In this document: positions 19,725 to 29,723 of the stretch, piece by piece
Position numbering within the stretch: position 1 is the first letter of the stretch
Layout of the letters: each line of letters starts with the position of its first letter
Virus record (IMG/VR): IMGVR_UViG_3300034101_004588
Location: 62,001-126,000 of that record
DNA length: 64,000 nucleotides
Reading direction: 5' to 3' (one strand)
Made by a program: the position numbers and the translations under genes
The notes under the pieces: generated by a model
What the model was told of the DNA's origin: nothing
The model's database searches: none
The model's input: only the letters and a program-made list of their open reading frames with translations

Positions 19725-21515
19725 GTGAGAAGAATAGTATTTAATAAAATACATATACAAAATTTTCTATCAATAGGTGAAGTCCCGGTTATTATAAATT
19801 TTAATAAAGGTATTTCATTAATAACAGGGAATAATAAAGATAAAGATAGTAAAAATGGTTGTGGAAAGACAGCTATATTAGATGCGTTTTATTGGAGCTT
19901 GTTCGGAGAAACCATCAGAGATCTTAAAAAAGAAAAAATAATTCACAATCAAACTTCTAAAAATTGTTTAGTAGTTTTAGATTTTGAAATTATATCTAAT
20001 AATGAAATTAATAGATATAAAATATCTAGAACCTTAAATCCTAATACAGTCAGTATTTTTCAAGATGATCAAGACATTACTTTATCTTCCATACCCAAAA
20101 ATGACGAATTTATAAAAGAATTAATAGGAGCTAATGAAGAGGTTTTTAAAAATGTTATTTTGATGTCTTTAGACAATACATTACCTTTCATGGCACAAAA
20201 AAAGGTAGATAAAAGAAAGTTTGTAGAAGGAATATTACAGCTTAATATTTTTAGTGATATGCTTTTAGAAATAAGAGCAGATTACAATGAAACTAAAAAA
20301 GAATACGAAATAATATCTTCAAAATTTTTAGAAAAACAAAAATATTATCAAATACAAGAAAATCAACAAAACAAACAAGAGGAAATTAAAAACAATAAAA
20401 TAACAGAATTAAAAAATAAAATAATAAACAATAATAACCATATCAAAAATTTAGAAAAATCAAACATTTCTTTGGAAGACATTCAAAATAAAATACTTAC
20501 AACTGAAAAAAGTATAGAAAAATTAGAAAAAGAGAAAGAAAATGTTAATAAAAAAATATCTAACCAAATTAATTTACAGACTAATACACAACAGCTTATT
20601 AAAGAATTACAATCTCAAAAACAACAATTTTTAAATAAAAATGGTATTTGTCCTACATGCAAACAAAAAATGTCAGAGTTATCTGAACATGAAATAAACG
20701 AACATTCTAAAATTATTAGTGATAAAATAGAAATTAGTAAAAAAGAACTCAACTCGATCGAAGAAAATAAAAACAAAGAACAAAATTTAGAAAATAAAAT
20801 TTCTGAAAAAATAAAAGAATTTAAGAACTCTTTAAAAAATTATTACACAGAATCAACTAACATTTCCAACAGAGACAAAGAAATTTTATCTTTACAAGAA
20901 AGAAATGAGGAATACTTAAAAAATATAAAAGAACTAGAGAATCAACAAGATGAATATACAGAAATTTTGAATAATCTTAAAATAGAAATAAATGAAACAG
21001 AAAATTTTCTTAAGGAACTTCAAAAAAAATTACAGATACTAGAAACTGCTAAATTTGTGGTTTCTGAAGAAGGGGTTAAAACTTCTATTATACATAAAAT
21101 GTTAGCACTGTTAAACCAAAAATTTAATTTGTATCTCCAATGGTTAGAAGCCCCATGTCAAGGAATTTTTAGCGAAACCTTTGAAGAAACCTTAATAAAT
21201 GAACACAAAAAAGAATGTTCTTATTTTAATTTTAGTAGTGGAGAAAGAAAAAGAATAGATTTAGCCATACTTTTTATGTTTCAAGATTTATTAAAAGATC
21301 AAAACGGGGTATGTTATTCTGTGAATATGTATGATGAATTATTTGATTCAGCGTTAGACGAAAACGGAATTAATAAAGTATTAGAAATATTAAAATCTAA
21401 AGAGGATTGCAGTGTTTACATTATTTCTCACAATAAAAATACACAGAAAATAGAGTTTGATAATGTTATAAATTTAGAAAAAAAAGACGGTAAAACAAGC
21501 CTTTTACTTGAATAA
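19725..21515 (+). CDS. gp46: gp46 (Rad50/SbcC-like) ATPase
   Basis: NFLSIG, NGCGKT Walker A, CPTC zinc hook, FSSGERKRIDLA signature, DELFD, ISH. Confidence 0.93.
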   Translation: MRRIVFNKIHIQNFLSIGEVPVIINFNKGISLITGNNKDKDSKNGCGKTAILDAFYWSLFGETIRDLKKEKIIHNQTSKNCLVVLDFEIISNNEINRYKISRTLNPNTVSIFQDDQDITLSSIPKNDEFIKELIGANEEVFKNVILMSLDNTLPFMAQKKVDKRKFVEGILQLNIFSDMLLEIRADYNETKKEYEIISSKFLEKQKYYQIQENQQNKQEEIKNNKITELKNKIINNNNHIKNLEKSNISLEDIQNKILTTEKSIEKLEKEKENVNKKISNQINLQTNTQQLIKELQSQKQQFLNKNGICPTCKQKMSELSEHEINEHSKIISDKIEISKKELNSIEENKNKEQNLENKISEKIKEFKNSLKNYYTESTNISNRDKEILSLQERNEEYLKNIKELENQQDEYTEILNNLKIEINETENFLKELQKKLQILETAKFVVSEEGVKTSIIHKMLALLNQKFNLYLQWLEAPCQGIFSETFEETLINEHKKECSYFNFSSGERKRIDLAILFMFQDLLKDQNGVCYSVNMYDELFDSALDENGINKVLEILKSKEDCSVYIISHNKNTQKIEFDNVINLEKKDGKTSLLLE

Positions 21516-21544
21516 TTTAACAATTCAGTTAAATTTAACATAAT

Positions 21545-22297
21545 ATGAGCGAAGAACAATATCTTTATTTAAGTGACGATAAAGTTTTCTATACAATAGA
21601 AGGGGAAGGAGAGCATGTCGGCAAACCTTCAGTTTTTATGAGATTGGCCATGTGCAATTTGACATGCAATGCCTGGGCTTCAGAAGATTCTCCACATGGT
21701 TGTGATTCTTTTGTTTCTTGGTCAGTTAAAAATAAAATGTCTTTTGATGAAATTTTTGAGATGATGGAAAAAAATAATTACATCACACATTTAGAAAACA
21801 AAGCAATTCTTAAGCTCACTGGTGGTGAACCTCTTATTCAACAAAAACAACTTTTAAAATTTATAAGAGCATTTGTAGAAAAATACGGTTTTACACCAGT
21901 TATAGATTTTGAAACTAATGCAACTTTATTACCAGATCCAAAATGGATTACAACATGGGGTGCAACTTTTACTACGTCTCCTAAATTAACCACAAATGGA
22001 GATCCAGAAGAAAAGACATATAAACCAGAAGTATTAAAGTGGCATGTATTTAATTATTCTGGTTTTAAATTTGTTATTACTTCAGACAGAGACATTGAAG
22101 AAATTTGGCGGAAATATGTAGAAGACAAGGAAGGTATAAATGTTCCTTTAAATCGTATTTGGTTCATGCCATGTTGCGGTTCTAGACAAGAACATGCAGA
22201 TAATGCTGCTGCAGTAGCGGAATACGCAAAAGCTATGCATGTAAATTTTTCGCCTAGATTACAATTGGTAATTTGGGATAAAGCTTTGAAAGTTTAA
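21545..22297 (+). CDS. queE: 7-carboxy-7-deazaguanine synthase, radical SAM
   Basis: FYTIEGEG...FMRLAMCNLTC...CDS, LTGGEPL, ETN, SPKL, KFV, FSPRLQ. Confidence 0.92.
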   Translation: MSEEQYLYLSDDKVFYTIEGEGEHVGKPSVFMRLAMCNLTCNAWASEDSPHGCDSFVSWSVKNKMSFDEIFEMMEKNNYITHLENKAILKLTGGEPLIQQKQLLKFIRAFVEKYGFTPVIDFETNATLLPDPKWITTWGATFTTSPKLTTNGDPEEKTYKPEVLKWHVFNYSGFKFVITSDRDIEEIWRKYVEDKEGINVPLNRIWFMPCCGSRQEHADNAAAVAEYAKAMHVNFSPRLQLVIWDKALKV

Positions 22298-22300
22298 AAT

Positions 22301-23608
22301 ATGGCAATAAAAATTAAAAACTCTAACAATCAACCTAATCAAGCAGTTTTTCAGTATAGTCAAGTTTCTACAGGTTTACCAATGGCTCCAATGGGGATGC
22401 CTTCTAATTTACCTATTCATTATTCCTACGTTACATCTAAACCAGTATATATACCACCCCCACCACCTATAGAAATGGCTGAAGCTCATCTGCCTAGAGT
22501 CTTGAATTATTTTGCAGATTATGGTGGTTGTGGGCATTGGAGAATGATCTGGCCTGAATTTTTATTAAATTTCGGACAAAAGTTAGTTTCTTCCGGAATG
22601 ACGCAGATGATTTTAGATATTAGATTTTATTCAACTTTAAAAGCTGTAAGATTTCAAAGACAGGCAACACCTCATCAAAATGCTTTTATTAAAGAATTAC
22701 AAAAAATCAGACAGCAAACCAAATTGCGTTTAATCTATGAAATAGATGATATTGTTTTTAAAGATGATATTCCAGATTACAACAGATGTAAAGATGCATT
22801 TGTAGATCAAACTATTGTAGATAGTATTTTAGAAATAATGTCAGCAATGGATGAAATAACAGTTACCTGTGATTACATGAAACAATACTATATTAATAAA
22901 ACAGGTAACAAAAATATTACAAAAATACCCAATTATGCACCAAAATTTTGGTTAGACAGATATTATGATCAAGAAAAAATACAAAAGAATTTTGAAAAAA
23001 ATAAAAAGAGACCAAGAATATTATATGCCGGATCTGGTACTCATGTTGATGTATTAAATAGAACAGGTTTTAATGATGATTTCCATCATGTAGTTGATTC
23101 CATTATTAAAGCTCGTAAAAAGTTTAAATTTGTATGGAAAGGGTGTTATCCATTAGCAGTTAAACAATTTATAGAAAATGGAGAAATGGAGTATTTAGAT
23201 TGGTCGCCTTTACCCAGCTATCCTCAAGGTTTAGTTGATGCTAATTGTAATGTTACCTTTGCTTCATTAACTGATAACGTGTTTAACAGATCAAAAAGCA
23301 ATATCAAAATGATAGAAGCAGGAGCATTGGGTTTACCAGGAGCTTATCAAGATATGTGTACTTATGAAGAGGCTCCTGTAAGATTTAAAAGCGGAGATGA
23401 TTTAATAGATCAATTAGAATACATTACTTCGGATGTTTCTCGTTATATGAGATTATCAAAACAAGCCAGAGAGTTTACAGAGAAATTATGGTTAGAAGAT
23501 CATTTAGATGAATATCTAGCCATGTATTTAACTCCGTGGGGATCAAAAGAAAGAAAAGAAATGAGTCCTCTTTTAATTGATAATAACCCCGACCAGAATA
23601 TAAATTGA
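22301..23608 (+). CDS. GT-B fold glycosyltransferase
   Basis: GGCGHWR, YEIDD, YAGSGTH, FNRSKSNIKMIEAGALGLP. Confidence 0.8.
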   Translation: MAIKIKNSNNQPNQAVFQYSQVSTGLPMAPMGMPSNLPIHYSYVTSKPVYIPPPPPIEMAEAHLPRVLNYFADYGGCGHWRMIWPEFLLNFGQKLVSSGMTQMILDIRFYSTLKAVRFQRQATPHQNAFIKELQKIRQQTKLRLIYEIDDIVFKDDIPDYNRCKDAFVDQTIVDSILEIMSAMDEITVTCDYMKQYYINKTGNKNITKIPNYAPKFWLDRYYDQEKIQKNFEKNKKRPRILYAGSGTHVDVLNRTGFNDDFHHVVDSIIKARKKFKFVWKGCYPLAVKQFIENGEMEYLDWSPLPSYPQGLVDANCNVTFASLTDNVFNRSKSNIKMIEAGALGLPGAYQDMCTYEEAPVRFKSGDDLIDQLEYITSDVSRYMRLSKQAREFTEKLWLEDHLDEYLAMYLTPWGSKERKEMSPLLIDNNPDQNIN

Positions 23609-23632
23609 TTAATTTATTTAAAATCGTATAAT
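23605..23632 (+). promoter_or_regulatory. Sigma70-type promoter for the DNA polymerase (leaderless geometry)
   Basis: TTGATT-N16-TATAAT, 7 nt before the ATG. Confidence 0.65.
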
Positions 23633-23639
23633 ATAAAAC

Positions 23640-26201
23640 ATGGCTTGGCGTAATGTTTTTTATGATAATCGTAGTCAGTCGATTCATTTATGGACATGGG
23701 ACGAGAATGGTAATCGCCAGAAATTGATCTCGTCTTATGAACCTAACATTTATATAGAATCTAATAATGGTGAAGATGGTGTATCTATTTTTAATACACC
23801 TTTAAAAAAGATAACTTTTAAAAATCAATTTGAAAGAAATAAATTTGTTAATGAGACACCAATTAAACGTTTGTTTAATAATTTGTCTTGTGAGCAAGAT
23901 TTCTTATTAAGCACTTTTAAAGATGAAGTAAATAAAGACAATTTTGGTAAATATCCTTTAAAAATATATTTTTTAGATATTGAAACCTATAGTCCAAATG
24001 CATTTCCAGTACCAGAAAAAGCAGAAGATCCTATAAATCTTATAACTTTATATGACACTTTATCAAAAAAATATTACACTTGGGGCACAAAAAAATATCA
24101 AAATCAATCAGAAGATGTAGTTTATTTTTATTGTAAAAGTGAAACTACTTTATTAGAAAACTTTTTAAATTTTTTTGAAAAAGATCATCCAGATATTTTA
24201 AGCTCTTGGAATGGTGAAGGATTTGATATACCTTACATAATAAATCGTATTAAAAACATATTAGGCGATGAAGAAAGTAATAGACTGTCTCCAGTACAAA
24301 ACATTTTTTACAGAGAAAATGTAGCTTTAAATAAATTCGGCAAGGTTATTAATAGATATTATATAAGAGGTTTAAGTTGTGTTGACTACATGGAATTGTA
24401 CAAAACCTTTTCTAGAGGAGATAGAGAATCCTATTCTTTAGGATATATAGGACAGTATGAATTGGGAGAGAGTAAAATAGATTATGGAACAATGTCTTTA
24501 CATGAATTAGCAGATAAAGATTGGCAAAAATTTGTAGATTATAACATACAAGACGTAAAATTATTAGTAAAATTAGAAAGTAAATTAAAATTTTTAAAAT
24601 TGATCAGAACTTTATCTTATAAAGGATTTATACCATTTGAACAGTCTTTAGGTAAAGTTTCCATGATTACAGGAGCTGTTGCCCATCAGGCATATAAACA
24701 AGGATATATTATTCCAACATTTAAAAATGATATTGTCAGAGAAGCTTATGAGGGCGGTTATGTGCATGAACCAGAAAGAGGTTTAAGTAAAGCTGTAGTT
24801 GGATATGATGCAAACAGTCTATATCCAAACACTATAATTTCATTAAATCTTTCTCCGGAAACCAAAATAGGTAAAATAGTAAAAATAGAAAACGACGAAT
24901 ATTTTATTAAACTTAATAATGAAAAATTAATATCTTTGCATAAAGAAAAATTTCAGAAACTAGTAGAAAAAGAAAAATTATCAATTTCAAAAGCAAATGT
25001 GTTGTATACTCAAAAATTTAAAGGAGTAATACCCAATTTGATTGATAGGTTATATCAAGAAAGAGTAGAAACCCGTAAAGAGATGTTAGCAAAAGAAAGA
25101 GAATATAAGAAGACCAAAGACATCTCAATTAAAGCTCAAATTGAAAGTTTAGATACACTACAAAACGTATTTAAGTTGACTTTAAATTCTATATATGGTG
25201 TATTTGCACAAAAATTTTCACCATTGTTTGATATTGACCATTCTGCAAGTATTACATTAACAGGCCAAGCAGTTGTTAAACAAGCCTCTGAAATTGTCTA
25301 TCAACAAGCAATTTCTCAGAATGTAAACTGTACTAAAGAAGACATTTACAAATATGGAGACACAGATAGTTGTTATTTTTCTGTATTACCGATATTAAAC
25401 CATTTTAATTTAAATTTATTAAGTGACAATGAAATTAATAAAGATGCTTATAGTCTTATAGAAAAATTAGGAGAACATTTAAACGAAAAAATTACAGAAT
25501 GGGCAAAAAAAGAATTGCATTCAACAGATCCTCGATTTGTTTTTAAAAGAGAATCTATATGTGATGTAGCTTTGTTCATGGAGAAAAAAAGATATATTCT
25601 TCATGTTTTAGACAAAGAAGGAGTTGCAACTAATAAATTTAAATATGTTGGTGTGGAAATAGCTCGTTCTACTATGTCAGAATCAGTCAAAAAAATTATT
25701 AAAAAGATTATAGAATCTGCAATGTTATACAATGACAGAAAAAAATCTAATAATTTATTGCAAGAAGGATATGAAGAATTTAAAAAACTAAGCATAGAAG
25801 ACTTAGCGTTTAGATGTAAAATATCTGATTATGAAAAATACGAATCAAAAATAAAAGAAGATGGAACTTTAGGCAAAGGAACACCTATTCATATTAAAAG
25901 TGCAATTCTTTTTAATAAAATGTTAAAAAAACTTAATATAGACACAGTTTATATGTCTATAGGAAGTGGAACTAAAATTAAATACTTTTATGCAGCTAAA
26001 AATTTATATAATTATAAATCAATGGCTTTTTTAGATGTTTATCCCAAAGAACTTGAAGAAATTATAAAAATTGATTATAAAATGATGTTTAGTAAATTAG
26101 TAGAACCACCTATAAAAAGGCTTTATGAAAGTATAGGATGGCCTCCACCGACAATTGAATCAGAAACTCAAACAGATTTATTTGATTTGTTTGCAATTTA
26201 G
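23640..26201 (+). CDS. gp43: Family B DNA polymerase (gp43-like)
   Basis: DIET, WNGEGFDIPY, YNIQD exonuclease motifs; DANSLYP, KLTLNSIYG, YGDTDS, KKRY polymerase motifs. Confidence 0.97.
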   Translation: MAWRNVFYDNRSQSIHLWTWDENGNRQKLISSYEPNIYIESNNGEDGVSIFNTPLKKITFKNQFERNKFVNETPIKRLFNNLSCEQDFLLSTFKDEVNKDNFGKYPLKIYFLDIETYSPNAFPVPEKAEDPINLITLYDTLSKKYYTWGTKKYQNQSEDVVYFYCKSETTLLENFLNFFEKDHPDILSSWNGEGFDIPYIINRIKNILGDEESNRLSPVQNIFYRENVALNKFGKVINRYYIRGLSCVDYMELYKTFSRGDRESYSLGYIGQYELGESKIDYGTMSLHELADKDWQKFVDYNIQDVKLLVKLESKLKFLKLIRTLSYKGFIPFEQSLGKVSMITGAVAHQAYKQGYIIPTFKNDIVREAYEGGYVHEPERGLSKAVVGYDANSLYPNTIISLNLSPETKIGKIVKIENDEYFIKLNNEKLISLHKEKFQKLVEKEKLSISKANVLYTQKFKGVIPNLIDRLYQERVETRKEMLAKEREYKKTKDISIKAQIESLDTLQNVFKLTLNSIYGVFAQKFSPLFDIDHSASITLTGQAVVKQASEIVYQQAISQNVNCTKEDIYKYGDTDSCYFSVLPILNHFNLNLLSDNEINKDAYSLIEKLGEHLNEKITEWAKKELHSTDPRFVFKRESICDVALFMEKKRYILHVLDKEGVATNKFKYVGVEIARSTMSESVKKIIKKIIESAMLYNDRKKSNNLLQEGYEEFKKLSIEDLAFRCKISDYEKYESKIKEDGTLGKGTPIHIKSAILFNKMLKKLNIDTVYMSIGSGTKIKYFYAAKNLYNYKSMAFLDVYPKELEEIIKIDYKMMFSKLVEPPIKRLYESIGWPPPTIESETQTDLFDLFAI

Positions 26202-26215
26202 AATATATTTTTAAT

Positions 26216-27076
26216 ATGAAAATTTCTCATGAAGCTCCTTTATGTTTAATGGAAACATTAAGACCTTTGGTGGACTATGATTATTGCTTAGTACATTTGT
26301 TAGATGATCCAAATGTAGGAGAAGAATACCTACAATACTTTTTAAATTCAAGAACTATAAACCCAAACAGAGAAATTATATTGGATAACAGCATTTATGA
26401 ATTAGGAGAAGCTTATAATTCAGAAAGATATGCTTATTGGATCACACAAATAAATCCTACGCATTATATTATTCCGGATGTTTTTGGAGATGCGGAAAAA
26501 ACTATAGAAAGTTTAGAAAATTGGTACAAAAATTACGGCAAAGAGCTTAAAAAATATAAAACTATAGGTGTTTTACAAGGTTCAAATTATAAAGATTTTA
26601 AAAAATGCTATCAAAAAATACAAAAAAAAGTAGATAAAATAGCAATAAGTTTTGGGTATCCCTATTTTATAAATTTTTGTGAAGAAATTTTAGGATTTTT
26701 AGATTCAGATTGGAGGGATCCCCAGGAAAATTACAGGGCCATTTGTTATGGACATGGCAGACATTTTTTAATCAACGATCTTTTAAAAGACGATATCATA
26801 GATAAAAATAAACCGCACCATCTTTTGGGATGTGGAATTCCTCAAGAATTTTCCAATTACGCATGGAAAAATTATGATTTTATTGAATCTTTAGACACTT
26901 CTCATCCAATTTTAACCGGTCTTGATGAGGTAAAATATGATGAAGAAAATGTATCTTTTTATAAACCTTATTATAAAATGATTGAAAAATTTGAAAACAA
27001 GTTTGATCAAAAACAAATAAAAACAGCTTTAGAAAATGTCAAATACTTTAGATCTCGTATATGTCAGTTGAATTAA
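26216..27076 (+). CDS. dpdA: DpdA-like (TGT fold) 7-deazaguanine DNA transglycosylase
   Basis: ILDNS, IIPDV, GVLQG, HHLLGCG, SLDTS motifs of the TGT/DpdA fold; co-occurs with queE, queD and folE2. Confidence 0.72.
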   Translation: MKISHEAPLCLMETLRPLVDYDYCLVHLLDDPNVGEEYLQYFLNSRTINPNREIILDNSIYELGEAYNSERYAYWITQINPTHYIIPDVFGDAEKTIESLENWYKNYGKELKKYKTIGVLQGSNYKDFKKCYQKIQKKVDKIAISFGYPYFINFCEEILGFLDSDWRDPQENYRAICYGHGRHFLINDLLKDDIIDKNKPHHLLGCGIPQEFSNYAWKNYDFIESLDTSHPILTGLDEVKYDEENVSFYKPYYKMIEKFENKFDQKQIKTALENVKYFRSRICQLN

Positions 27077-27711
27077 TATCCATAACCAAACCAGAAATAG
27101 AAGGAATAAATTCTGCAGAAGATTTAATAACCTATTGTGCCAGAGTTAGTAATCCAGATAATCAATTAAATGTTTCTACTAGTTCAAACTTGTTAAAGTA
27201 TCTTATAAAGCATAAACATTGGAGCCCGTTTGAAATGGTTTCAATGTGCGTAAAAATAAAAACCAGCAGAGCTATAGCAGCTCAAATATTACGCCATAGA
27301 AGTTTTAGCTTTCAAGAATTCAGCCAACGATATTCAACAGCAACTGAATTAGAAGAATTACATTTTAGAAAACAAGGTAAAACCAACCGTCAAGTAGGAG
27401 ATGAAGAATTTCCATTAACACAACATTGGGATACTCTTGTACATATTAAAGAAGCTCAAAGAAAGTGTTTAGAAGTTTATAATGAACTTATTAAATGTGG
27501 AGTTGCAAGAGAATGTGCTCGTATGGTTCTTCCTTTAAATACAAGTACAACATTATATATGTCGGGTACTATAAGATCATGGATACATTATTTAGATCTT
27601 AGAACCTCAAAAGACACTCAAAAAGAACATCAAATAATAGCCAATGATATTAAAAAAATTTTTATAGAAAAATTTCCAGCAATTTCTGAGGCTTTGTATG
27701 TTGACAAATAA
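27061..27711 (+). CDS. thyX: Flavin-dependent thymidylate synthase
   Basis: HWSPFE, QILRHRSFSFQEFSQRY, ARMVLP, TQKEH. Confidence 0.96.
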   Translation: MSVELISITKPEIEGINSAEDLITYCARVSNPDNQLNVSTSSNLLKYLIKHKHWSPFEMVSMCVKIKTSRAIAAQILRHRSFSFQEFSQRYSTATELEELHFRKQGKTNRQVGDEEFPLTQHWDTLVHIKEAQRKCLEVYNELIKCGVARECARMVLPLNTSTTLYMSGTIRSWIHYLDLRTSKDTQKEHQIIANDIKKIFIEKFPAISEALYVDK

Positions 27712-27728
27712 CTCTTATTGTATATAAT
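27701..27728 (+). promoter_or_regulatory. Consensus sigma70-type promoter (leaderless geometry)
   Basis: TTGACA-N16-TATAAT, 7 nt before ATG 27736. Confidence 0.75.
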
Positions 27729-27735
27729 ATAAAAT

Positions 27736-28146
27736 ATGAATGAAGAAAACAAAAATAACGTTGTAGTTTTTTTAGACTACGTAGGCAGAACCATCCTCGG
27801 TGAAAAAGTAGAAAATAAAAATGAAAATTTAATTTGTGTAAAAAACCCAGTTATTTTGCATGTAGTTCCAGTTGATCAAGGTGGACGCATGTCAATTCAA
27901 TTGTTACCTCTATTTTTTAGAGAATTTTTGGCAGAAAAAACTGGTGACGTAGTTTTTAATTACAACAAAAATACTATTGTTGAAACAGATATTGAAGCTT
28001 TAGATTTTAGATTATTAGCACAATATTCCCAACTTTTTAATAAAAATAATATATTTGTTCCGCCTAATGCCGGTAATATCATCACTCCAGATCAAACTGC
28101 ATCTGCTCAACCTTCTCCTGGTGTAGTCAAATTGTTTGATGAATAA
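27736..28146 (+). CDS. Hypothetical protein, possible Sm-like fold
   Basis: GRTILG...VKNPVIL pattern; has its own promoter. Confidence 0.55.
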   Translation: MNEENKNNVVVFLDYVGRTILGEKVENKNENLICVKNPVILHVVPVDQGGRMSIQLLPLFFREFLAEKTGDVVFNYNKNTIVETDIEALDFRLLAQYSQLFNKNNIFVPPNAGNIITPDQTASAQPSPGVVKLFDE

Positions 28147-28149
28147 TTT

Positions 28150-29277
28150 ATGGCTAAAAACAAATTGTTAGATACAGAAGTCGTAGAAGCTTTTAAAGTT
28201 TTAGATGATTTAAATCCGGATGCGGCTTTTCTAAATGAAAATACTTTGTCTCAAGTTGATTCTTGGATAGACACTGGATGCTTAGCTTTAAATACTATTA
28301 TTAGCGGTTCCTTATATAAAGGAATACCTTCAGGCAGAATAATTGGTTTTAGTGGTCCACAAGCTTGTGGTAAAACTTATATTATTAATAAGATAATAGC
28401 AAATGCTCAAAAAGCTGGAAGGCATGCGGTAGTATTTGACACAGAAAATGCAGTAGATAAAGATACAGCAGAAGCATTAGGATGTGATCCTTCTAAGATT
28501 AAATATTGTCCGATTGAAACAGTCGAACAATGTCGAAATCAAGTTTCTGCTTTTTTAGATTCTGTAATAGAAAAGGGATTAAAAGGAAAATTTATTATAG
28601 CTATTGATTCTTTAGGCAATTTAGTTTCAACTAAAGAAATGAATGATGTAGCCGCAGGTAAAGAAGCAATGGACATGGGAACTAGAGCTAAAGGTTTAAA
28701 AAGCATGTTAAGAGTATTGACTCTTAAGGCAGCAAAAGCAGATGTTCCTGTAATTTTTTCTAATCACATTTATGCAAATCCTGGAGATATGTATCCTTCG
28801 TTGGTTAAACAACAGTCTGGAGGATCAGGTCCTCTGTACCTAGCTTCAGTTTTAGTACAAATGGCAGTTAAAAATGAAAAATCATCCGGAGGTCAAAATT
28901 CTCATAAAGATGCTATAGAAGATGTTTCACCTATTGCTAAAGATATTAACGGAGTAACATTAAGAGCTTTAACCATTAAAAACCGATTTGCTCCACCGTA
29001 TTTAGAAACAGAAATGTATTTAAACTTTAAATCTGGTTTAGCAAAATATTCAGGTTTACTAGAAATGGCTTTGGGTTATAATATTGTGATTCAAAACGGA
29101 CCTACTTTTGCTTTGCCAGATGGAACTAAATTAGGTTATTATAAAAATTGGCGTAATGATGAAACTATATGGGAAACTAAAATTTTACCAGAATTAGAAA
29201 AAAAGCTTAAAACAGAATTAACCTATAAAAAAGAAATTAACAATTTCAATGATGTTTCAATCGACGAAAATAATTGA
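28150..29277 (+). CDS. uvsX: RecA-like recombinase UvsX
   Basis: WIDTGCLALN, GPQACGKT, FDTENA, IDSLGNL, DMGTRAK, SGG, KNRF. Confidence 0.93.
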   Translation: MAKNKLLDTEVVEAFKVLDDLNPDAAFLNENTLSQVDSWIDTGCLALNTIISGSLYKGIPSGRIIGFSGPQACGKTYIINKIIANAQKAGRHAVVFDTENAVDKDTAEALGCDPSKIKYCPIETVEQCRNQVSAFLDSVIEKGLKGKFIIAIDSLGNLVSTKEMNDVAAGKEAMDMGTRAKGLKSMLRVLTLKAAKADVPVIFSNHIYANPGDMYPSLVKQQSGGSGPLYLASVLVQMAVKNEKSSGGQNSHKDAIEDVSPIAKDINGVTLRALTIKNRFAPPYLETEMYLNFKSGLAKYSGLLEMALGYNIVIQNGPTFALPDGTKLGYYKNWRNDETIWETKILPELEKKLKTELTYKKEINNFNDVSIDENN

Positions 29278-29686
29278 ACTAGGTTCATGTGCTTTTAGAC
29301 AATGGAAAGCAGAAAATACTCATTGTAAATATGTACATGGTTATCGTTTAATGGCTAAATTTTGGTTTGGCTGTTCTGAACTAGATAATAAAAATTGGGT
29401 TGTTAATTTTGGTGGTTTAAAAGAGGTTAAAAAAGTTTTACAAAATCAATTTGATCATACTCTTTGCATAGCTCAAGACGATCCGTTATTGAATATGTTT
29501 AAAGAATTAAACGAATCGAATGGCTGTCAGCTTCGTATTATGGATGGAGTTGGTATAGAAAAAACAGCAGAATGGTGTTTTAAAACAGTTAATCCCATGA
29601 TTAAAGAAATGTCTAATAATCGCTGCTGGTTGGAAAAAGTAGAAGTTTGGGAACATGATTTAAATTCTGCAATTTACAAAGAGTAA
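29249..29686 (+). CDS. queD: 6-carboxy-5,6,7,8-tetrahydropterin synthase
   Basis: CAFRQW...HCKYVHGY, WVVNFGGLK, FDH, EVWEHDLNSA. Confidence 0.9.
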   Translation: MMFQSTKIIELGSCAFRQWKAENTHCKYVHGYRLMAKFWFGCSELDNKNWVVNFGGLKEVKKVLQNQFDHTLCIAQDDPLLNMFKELNESNGCQLRIMDGVGIEKTAEWCFKTVNPMIKEMSNNRCWLEKVEVWEHDLNSAIYKE

Positions 29687-29689
29687 ATT

Positions 29690-29717
29690 TTGATTTTTAT
29701 AAAATTTTTGCTATAAT
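29690..29717 (+). promoter_or_regulatory. Sigma70-type promoter for the helicase (extended -10)
   Basis: TTGATT-N16-TATAAT with TGn, 6 nt before the GTG. Confidence 0.65.
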
Positions 29718-29723
29718 ATAGTA

